DNA of 14,211 nt from Calditrichia bacterium. GTDB lineage: Bacteria > Calditrichota > Calditrichia > RBG-13-44-9. Below are positions 8,200 to 14,211 of the stretch, in pieces (within the stretch, counting starts at the first letter, position 1; the number at the start of each line of letters is the position of its first letter). Both the position numbers and the translations under genes were made by a program. The stretch spans positions 6,385-20,595 of the forward strand of contig JARRQT010000080.1 of the NCBI GenBank assembly GCA_037381445.1, given 5' to 3'. The notes beneath the pieces are model-generated. The model did no database searches and had not been told where the DNA came from. It was given only the letters and a program-made list of their open reading frames with translations.

Positions 8200-9864
8200 T
8201 TAGTTTTCAGGCAAATTTTCCTTCGTCTCCCTGGAAACGACCTTTGCTCTTTTCCGGGTGTATATCAGGGAAATTCCGAGGAGCATGATTCCCAAAACGA
8301 TGAATGAAACAATCCGGTATACCGGCTCCAGTTTTGCAATGCCTATGATAAAGACATAAAATACGGTCAGTAAGAGTGTGAGAAGCGCCATCCAGCGATA
8401 TTTTTTATTATTTAGAATCAGGCTTACAATATAGTAGAAAACCGCGACGCCCATCCAGGAAAGACTGATGTAGCTTTCCGGAACAGTGTGATAAAAGGAG
8501 TACGGAAAAATAAAAAATGCGGCGATCAAATAGGCGTTGCGCATCATTTCGGTTTGTAGTTCGAGCCGGTGTTTTTGCCAGTTCATAATTCGGGCGCTCA
8601 GCAGGGCAACTATGCCGAAGCTCAGGCTTACAGCGCCCACTTTTCCGGCGAAAATGAGATAAGCGAAAAAGATGAGCAAGTAAATCGCAAAGTTTGCCAC
8701 GATGATGAATTTTGAGCGAAACCATATTGCGGTGCTGATGACGATGAGGCTCTGCCAGCAAAGCCAAATCAGAGATTCGGGTTCATGAAAGCGGGCGATA
8801 ATGGCCACGCTCAGCGCCGTGTATCCCAGAATCGCATAAAAGAATGTTGAATACCGGCTTTTCTCCCGCAGCCAAAAGAAAATGGAAACTGAAAGGAATA
8901 ACAGGGAGGCTGCGAAATTGTATAGGTCAAGGTGCTCCTGAAACCGGGTGACAGAAATGAGCAGAAAAAGGCCGTATCCGGCAAAACAGTTCAGAAAAGT
9001 GGAAGTCACGACGCCAGAATTTTCGGCTGTTTTTATATTTCGCAGCAAGTTGCCGAAAGCGAATATCGCGAAATAAAGCAGGAGGAAGAGCAGATTTAAT
9101 TGAGGTGAAGATAACAAGTGGATCTTGTTCCCAAGAAAGGGATTGTTGATGAACCAGATGAAATGAGTAAGGTAAGTTGCCGTGATTCCAAAATTGAGCA
9201 GGTATTGCCAGTTGTATTTCAACCTGAAATACACCGTGAGTGCAGATAATACCACTAAACTGAAAAAGATGAAATAAGCCTGCCCGCTGACTATTGCTGT
9301 GATATACCCGGCGCCAAGACTCATCCCTGTTAGATAAACCGATTTCCTGCGCACCGAGATATAGAGGTTTATCAGCACTACAGAAATTAGTAGGATAAGC
9401 TCGACAGATCTGCTGCCGATTGCCGGCCGGGAGCTGAAAAAATAGAGCCGCAATGTCGCGAAATAGAGCAAAACCAGCCCGCTTCCCATAAAATAATGCG
9501 ATATCAGGGTAAATGATTTTCGCAAGGAGTGCGAAAAAAGGAAAATTGTGACCACCAGAAAATAACCGATAAGGCTGGGGATAGCAGAAGGCAAATTCCT
9601 ATATGGGAATGTCAGCAGAAAAATAAACCCGATGACCAGCACAAAAATGCCGGCCTTCGCAAACCAGAACTGTCCGATGTTCAGTTCCAGTGCATCCGAA
9701 GATATGGTGGGAATAGCGAATGGATTTTCTTCATTCCTGGCCGTTTCTTCCCTTCTAATTTGTGACGTATCCAGAGCAGCTTCCAGCCGCGAAATCCGGG
9801 CTTCCAGGCTCTTGTAATGTTTTAACAGTTCCAGATATTTGGAATCCTCTGCAGAATTTTCCAT
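8200..9864 (-). CDS. Polytopic membrane protein, DUF2339-like
   Basis: N-terminal coiled-coil-like LEARISRLEAAL, then LELNIGQFWFAKAGIFVLVIG, many hydrophobic helices and C-terminal RIVSFIVLGIMLLGISLIY. These match my recollection of DUF2339 ends. Confidence 0.7.
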   Translation of the reverse strand: MENSAEDSKYLELLKHYKSLEARISRLEAALDTSQIRREETARNEENPFAIPTISSDALELNIGQFWFAKAGIFVLVIGFIFLLTFPYRNLPSAIPSLIGYFLVVTIFLFSHSLRKSFTLISHYFMGSGLVLLYFATLRLYFFSSRPAIGSRSVELILLISVVLINLYISVRRKSVYLTGMSLGAGYITAIVSGQAYFIFFSLVVLSALTVYFRLKYNWQYLLNFGITATYLTHFIWFINNPFLGNKIHLLSSPQLNLLFLLLYFAIFAFGNLLRNIKTAENSGVVTSTFLNCFAGYGLFLLISVTRFQEHLDLYNFAASLLFLSVSIFFWLREKSRYSTFFYAILGYTALSVAIIARFHEPESLIWLCWQSLIVISTAIWFRSKFIIVANFAIYLLIFFAYLIFAGKVGAVSLSFGIVALLSARIMNWQKHRLELQTEMMRNAYLIAAFFIFPYSFYHTVPESYISLSWMGVAVFYYIVSLILNNKKYRWMALLTLLLTVFYVFIIGIAKLEPVYRIVSFIVLGIMLLGISLIYTRKRAKVVSRETKENLPEN

Positions 9865-9981
9865 CAGATCTCGATTTCTCTTTCAGGATGAATACCTCGC
9901 CGCATATCTCAGAAAGGTATCGTTTTGTTGAATGTTCTCGTTATATGACAATATCTTCCTTAATTCTACACGAAGATATGA

Positions 9982-10010
9982 ATCATAACTTGTTCTGAAA
10001 TTCCAATCAA
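9982..10010 (-). promoter_or_regulatory. Putative sigma70 promoter for the DUF2339-Rieske-cyt b-cyt c unit
   Basis: Minus strand TTGATT (10010-10005), 17-nt spacer, TATGAT (9987-9982). Confidence 0.5.
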
Positions 10011-10050
10011 AAAATATTACCGGGAAGAGCCTTTTGCCCGCCCTTCCCGG
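10009..10050 (-). terminator. Probable intrinsic terminator after the hydrogenase cytochrome b gene
   Basis: Minus strand CCGGGAAGGGC-9 nt-GCTCTTCCCGG (11 bp with one G-U) followed by TAATATTTTTT, 12 nt after the stop codon. Confidence 0.7.
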
Positions 10051-10062
10051 GCTTCAATTTGT

Positions 10063-10758
10063 TCAATCGTTATTCTTTTTCTTCTCAATGAATTTCCATC
10101 CTCCCACCATGGAGGATGTTGTTGCCCTTTCTTCGATATAATCGTGGTAGAAAACTAGGTAAATATGAATTATGGAAAAGATGATAAAAAACCACATGAC
10201 CATGTGATGCCACTGCCGCACCGCAAAATCACCGCCCATCAGGGGAACGATCCACGCAAAAAGATGCGCGAACCAGCTGGTGCTCATTGCGGAGTACAGA
10301 GCAAAGCCGGTGGCCGCTTCAAACAGAAAAGCAAGGAAGACGAGAAAGTAAGTGACGCCGGCCAGTGTATTGTGACCGATGGACTGCAGCGGTTTTTTAC
10401 ATATTTGCAGCACATCGAGGCATAACACATGGAACATTTCTTTCCATTGTTTGGCCCTGTATGGGATAAAATTTTTCCAGCTGGCAAACCGGTTACCGAC
10501 GAATCCCCAATAGATTCTGAATACAAAATTGAAAAAGAAGATAAAACCGAACACGAAATGGAGGAAGCGGATTGTTCCAAACCAGTATTGGCCGGAGGCT
10601 TCCGCCGAACTGCCAATGGCGATGGGAGTGCCGATCAGGTATCCCGTCACCGCCAGCACCGCAATACACAGGGCATTGATCCAGTGATAAAGCCGGACGG
10701 GCAGTTCCCACACATAAACCTGGAAATATTCTGCATATTTTGCTTTTGTCTGTGCCAT
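10063..10758 (-). CDS. hyaC: Ni/Fe-hydrogenase b-type cytochrome subunit
   Basis: VYVWELPVRLYHW, IRFLHF, GHNTLA, RQWHH, IHIYLVFYHD, SSMVGGWK; four TM helices; directly downstream of the large subunit. Confidence 0.95.
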   Translation of the reverse strand: MAQTKAKYAEYFQVYVWELPVRLYHWINALCIAVLAVTGYLIGTPIAIGSSAEASGQYWFGTIRFLHFVFGFIFFFNFVFRIYWGFVGNRFASWKNFIPYRAKQWKEMFHVLCLDVLQICKKPLQSIGHNTLAGVTYFLVFLAFLFEAATGFALYSAMSTSWFAHLFAWIVPLMGGDFAVRQWHHMVMWFFIIFSIIHIYLVFYHDYIEERATTSSMVGGWKFIEKKKNND

Positions 10759-10770
10759 ATTGTCCCCCTT

Positions 10771-12489
10771 CTACATAAAGCTAAACTGGTTGAGGTGTTT
10801 CCCCTCCGGATCGTACAAGTGGACGGCGCAGGCGATGCAGGGATCGAAGGAATGGACGGTCCTCAAAATCTCCAGCGGTTTCTCCGGATCGGCCATGGGG
10901 GTTTCCATTAATGAGGCTTCATAGGCCGATTTGTTACCGTTTGCGTCGCGGGGTGAGGCGTTCCAGGTGCTGGGAACCACCAGCTGGTAGTTGTCGATTT
11001 TTTCATCCTTTATCACTATCCAGTGGGCCAGGGCTCCCCGGGGTGCTTCGGACAATCCCACACCTTTGGCTTCCTTGGGCCAGCTCCGCGGATGCCATTT
11101 TTCCTTGTTGAACATCCGGGTATCGCCGTTCTTGATATTATCGATCAGGTCCTGGTGAAATCCTTTCATCCAGTGCGCTACCAGTTTTGTCTCGAGACCC
11201 CGGGCCGCGGTCCGCCCCAGCGTTGAAAAAAGAGCGTCAACGGGAGCATTGAACCGTTTCAGGGTATCATTAACAACCTCTTTTACTTCATCGACACCGG
11301 AGGCATAGGCGACCAGCAGCCTGGCCAGCGGTCCCACTTCCATGGGATTATCCTTCCAGCGGGGAGTCTTGAGCCAGCTGTATTTTCCATCCACATTTAG
11401 CTGTTCGTAGGGCGGGGTGGGGCCGGTAAAATTGAACTCCGTTTCACCTTCCCAGGGATGCAGGGACTGTTTGTCTCCGTTTGCATATTTGTACCAGGAG
11501 TGTGTTATGTATTCTTTTACCTGCTCCGGATCATCTCCTTTCACTTCATGGACTTCGTTCAGATTGCGGTTAAGAATGGCACCTCGCGGAAATTTAAAAT
11601 TGGAGGGGTCGTTATAACCATTTGTGGGCAAATCGCCGTATGCCAGGTAGTTTTTCAGGCCGCCGCCAATGGAAAACCAATCCTTATAAAAGGAAGCGAC
11701 CGCCAGCAAGTCGGGAATATAAACCTGCTCCACAAATTCAACTGCGTCATCGATGAGGGAGCCCACATGGGCCAGACGCTCCGCATTCAATGCATTCGCA
11801 TCATCCGTATTGATTGAACATGGCGCTCCTCCCACCAGATAGTTGGGATGGGGATTTTTCCCGCCGAAAATCGTATGAACCTTTACGATTTCCTTCTGCC
11901 ACTCCAGCGCGTCCAGGTAGTGGGCGACGCCAATGAGATTCACTTCTGGCGGGAGTTTGTAGGCCGGATGTCCCCAGTATCCGTTGGCGAATATGCCCAA
12001 CTGACCGCTTTCGGCCAGCGTCTTTACCCGGTTCTGGACTTCACGGAAATAGGTTTTGGAATTTTTAGGCCAGGAAGAAATGCTCTGGGCAATCCTTTCC
12101 GCCTCAGCCGGATCAGCCTTCAGTGAGCTGACCACATCCACCCAGTCCAGAGCATGCAGATGGTAAAAATGAACCACATGGTCCTGCACATATTGGGCGC
12201 AGAACATCAGGTTGCGCACCAGTTCCGCATTGGGTGGAATGGTAATTTTCAGTGCATTTTCCACGGCTCTCACCGAAGCCAGGGCGTGAACGGTGGTGCA
12301 GACGCCACAGGCCCTTTCTGTAAATGCCCACGCATCCCGCGGATCACGCCCCTTCAGTATTATTTCAAAGCCGCGCACCATGGTGCCGGAGGAATAGGCA
12401 TCGGCAACCTTGCCATTCCTGATCTCGGCTTCAATGCGGAGATGACCTTCGATTCTGGTAATGGGATCAACAACAATTCGGGTCGCCAT
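10771..12489 (-). CDS. hyaB: Group 1 [NiFe]-hydrogenase large subunit
   Basis: DPITRIEGH, L1 ERACGVC, GGKNPHP, EAPRGALAHW, L2 SFDPCIACAVH followed by a 15-aa cleavable extension. TAATG coupling with the small subunit gene. Confidence 0.97.
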   Translation of the reverse strand: MATRIVVDPITRIEGHLRIEAEIRNGKVADAYSSGTMVRGFEIILKGRDPRDAWAFTERACGVCTTVHALASVRAVENALKITIPPNAELVRNLMFCAQYVQDHVVHFYHLHALDWVDVVSSLKADPAEAERIAQSISSWPKNSKTYFREVQNRVKTLAESGQLGIFANGYWGHPAYKLPPEVNLIGVAHYLDALEWQKEIVKVHTIFGGKNPHPNYLVGGAPCSINTDDANALNAERLAHVGSLIDDAVEFVEQVYIPDLLAVASFYKDWFSIGGGLKNYLAYGDLPTNGYNDPSNFKFPRGAILNRNLNEVHEVKGDDPEQVKEYITHSWYKYANGDKQSLHPWEGETEFNFTGPTPPYEQLNVDGKYSWLKTPRWKDNPMEVGPLARLLVAYASGVDEVKEVVNDTLKRFNAPVDALFSTLGRTAARGLETKLVAHWMKGFHQDLIDNIKNGDTRMFNKEKWHPRSWPKEAKGVGLSEAPRGALAHWIVIKDEKIDNYQLVVPSTWNASPRDANGNKSAYEASLMETPMADPEKPLEILRTVHSFDPCIACAVHLYDPEGKHLNQFSFM

Positions 12490-13625
12490 TATTCGCCTCC
12501 TTTCTCTTCAGTGGAAGATTCAATTTCTTCATCTTTGACGCTGCGGGCCAATTCCTCCTTTATTTGTTTTCTTTTGCGAATATTGGTAGAAATAGCGTGG
12601 GCAGCGATACCGGCGGCGGCACCGATGCCGACCACAGTGCCGATGGTATCGGCGGTGGTTTCGATGCCGAATCCCGGGAAAGATGCCAGATGCTGGTAAA
12701 ATGGTCCGTTGTCCCAGAAATTGGCTTCGCTGCAGCCAATGCAGCCATGGCCTGACTGGATCGGATAACTGACGCCGTTGTTCCAGCGGATGATACCGCA
12801 GGAATTGTAGGTCACTGGTCCGCGGCAGCCCATCTTGTACAGGCAGTATCCCTTTTTGGCGCTTTCATCGTCAAAAGTCTCCACGAAAAGTCCTGCATCA
12901 TAATAGGGACGACGGTAACATGAGTCATGTACGCGTTTTGAATAGAACGCCTTGGGCCGTTTCAGGCCATCGAGTTGCGGGATCCGATCGAAGGCCAGCA
13001 GGTGGACCACTACCCCGGCCATCACTTCGGCAATGGGCGGACAACCCGGAACATTGATGATGGGTTTGTGGGTGATAATTTTATGAATGGGGGTGGCACC
13101 GGTTGGATTTGGCTTGGAGGACTGTATGCATCCGTTCGACGCGCAGCTTCCCCAGGCAATAATGGCTTTTGCACCTTCTGCGGCTTCTTTTACGATATCC
13201 AGCGCAGTACGACCACCGATGGTGCAATAGATACCGCTGTCCTTTGTGGGGATGGATCCTTCCACTGTCATAATATATTCACCATGATGATTCTTCATGG
13301 TATTATGCAATGCTTCCTCGGCCTGATGGCCGGCAGCTGCCTGCAGTGTTTCCGTGTAATCCAGGGATATCTTGTCCAGAATGATATCAGCAACAATGGG
13401 ATGTGAAGAGCGGATGAAAGACTCGCTGCAGCAGGTGCATTCCTGGAAATGGAACCAAACGACCGGCGGCCGCGGCTTTGTTTCCAGGGCTTTAACCACT
13501 GTGGCGAATCCGCTGGCCTGGATTCCGGCTGCGGCGGCGATATAGGAGCAAAAGCGGAGAAATTCTCTTCGCGAGTAGCCTTGTGACTGCATTTTTTCCC
13601 AAAGAGTTTGAGGCTTCTCAGGCAT
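12489..13625 (-). CDS. hyaA: Group 1 [NiFe]-hydrogenase small subunit, O2-tolerant (6-Cys) type
   Basis: Tat motif SRREFL, ECTCC, GSCASNGC, PGCPP, HDSC, CLYKMGC, YPIQSGHGCIGC, C-terminal TM helix with His. AGGAGG SD at 13637-13632. Confidence 0.97.
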   Translation of the reverse strand: MPEKPQTLWEKMQSQGYSRREFLRFCSYIAAAAGIQASGFATVVKALETKPRPPVVWFHFQECTCCSESFIRSSHPIVADIILDKISLDYTETLQAAAGHQAEEALHNTMKNHHGEYIMTVEGSIPTKDSGIYCTIGGRTALDIVKEAAEGAKAIIAWGSCASNGCIQSSKPNPTGATPIHKIITHKPIINVPGCPPIAEVMAGVVVHLLAFDRIPQLDGLKRPKAFYSKRVHDSCYRRPYYDAGLFVETFDDESAKKGYCLYKMGCRGPVTYNSCGIIRWNNGVSYPIQSGHGCIGCSEANFWDNGPFYQHLASFPGFGIETTADTIGTVVGIGAAAGIAAHAISTNIRKRKQIKEELARSVKDEEIESSTEEKGGE

Positions 13626-13628
13626 AGT

Positions 13629-13758
13629 ACACCTCCTGGTTTATATGTTGTTGAAAATTGTGCTATCTAGGTACTGCATATATATAAAGGCTTCAGATCA
13701 TGAAGCTCGATAACACATCACTAGAGGACCAGTAAGGCGCGCACGTAGGAGGAGGTGT
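13629..13758 (-). promoter_or_regulatory. Candidate structured 5' leader with anti-Shine-Dalgarno pairing
   Basis: ACACCTCCT (13758-13750) is exactly complementary to AGGAGGTGT (13637-13629), and three further stems are enclosed. Confidence 0.45.
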
Positions 13759-13886
13759 GTGAGGGGAGAGAAAAAATCGTCCGAATAAATTCAGATCATG
13801 GGAATTTGCATTTCATACAGAACATAGCCGGTATGCTTCCTGTTTTTTAGGATAACATTATTTAGCTTTTGTGTATCACGATAGAT

Positions 13887-13914
13887 AATTTATAAAAATA
13901 AATGCAATTGTCAA
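13887..13914 (-). promoter_or_regulatory. Putative sigma70 promoter of the hydrogenase operon
   Basis: Minus strand TTGACA (13914-13909), 16-nt spacer, TAAATT (13892-13887), in AT-rich DNA. Confidence 0.45.
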
Positions 13915-14072
13915 TAGAAAAATAAGGAATATTGCAAGTTGTGTCAGGCCGTTCTTTTTTTCTCATTTTTGATACCTGAATAGTTTTGGCAATTTTTAAT
14001 TATATTTAAACAATTTTCTTGTTATATGAAAATCCCCAAAAAGGTTAGATCCCAATTTATGTGATAATAATC

Positions 14073-14096
14073 CCGATTCTGATTTTGCGGAATCGG
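14073..14096. other. Isolated hairpin / inverted repeat (terminator or operator)
   Basis: CCGATTCTG-ATTTTG-CGGAATCGG, 9 bp with one G-U on the + strand, in an AT-rich region. Confidence 0.35.
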
Positions 14097-14211
14097 ACTA
14101 TTTAAAAATTTTGTGCCTAATTTCATTTTTATTATTTTTTATCCTTTCGGGAGAATCCGGGCGGCTCCGAGATGCTCCTCTGGTTTGCTGAATTTTTATC
14201 TCCGCATGCTG

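Noticed and set aside
10819..10850. [NiFeSe] hydrogenase or selenocysteine recoding
   Set aside because: The L2 motif is DPCIAC with ordinary Cys codons and there is no in-frame TGA.
1547..13406. Numerous 60-195 aa ORFs overlapping the main genes (antisense or alternate frame)
   Set aside because: They lie within well-supported genes and have no recognisable motifs; treated as shadow ORFs.
13747..13790. Plus-strand AGGAGGAGG as the RBS of a divergent gene
   Set aside because: Only very short GTG-started frames follow; it is better explained as the anti-SD on the minus strand.
13640..13800. NiCo or cobalamin riboswitch ahead of the hydrogenase
   Set aside because: The conserved junction or B12-box sequences that I recall are not recognisable; kept only as an unclassified structured leader.
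14060..14077. CRP/Rex-like site TGTGA-N6-TCCCG
   Set aside because: The right half-site is degenerate and the context is AT-rich, so a chance match is likely.
1..14211. CRISPR array, IS/integrase, tRNA/rRNA or defence genes
   Set aside because: No regularly spaced repeats, transposase/recombinase motifs or RNA-gene signatures were seen.

Overview
Bacterial chromosomal window holding an amino-acid-chemistry block and a respiratory block. Left: a 5'-truncated GT4-type glycosyltransferase, then a KamA-family radical-SAM/PLP aminomutase (+) converging on a stand-alone histidine ammonia-lyase (hutH, -). Right: a membrane-bound, Tat-exported group 1 [NiFe] uptake hydrogenase (small subunit, large subunit, cytochrome b; - strand) with the complete six-cysteine [4Fe-3S] O2-tolerance signature. 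On the same strand follow a DUF2339-like polytopic membrane protein, a Rieske protein, a 7-TM b6-like cytochrome b and a membrane-anchored nonaheme cytochrome c in place of cytochrome c1. This module lies between the hydrogenase structural genes and an oppositely oriented hydrogenase maturation protease. The main leads are (1) a possible H2 -> menaquinone -> Rieske/cyt b -> multiheme wire system, (2) a structured hydrogenase 5' leader with a perfect 9-nt anti-Shine-Dalgarno, (3) an aminomutase whose lysine-binding aspartates appear replaced, and (4) structured intergenic DNA on both sides of that aminomutase gene. No mobile element, CRISPR array, tRNA or rRNA was seen. All calls come from reading motifs by eye; no searches were run.
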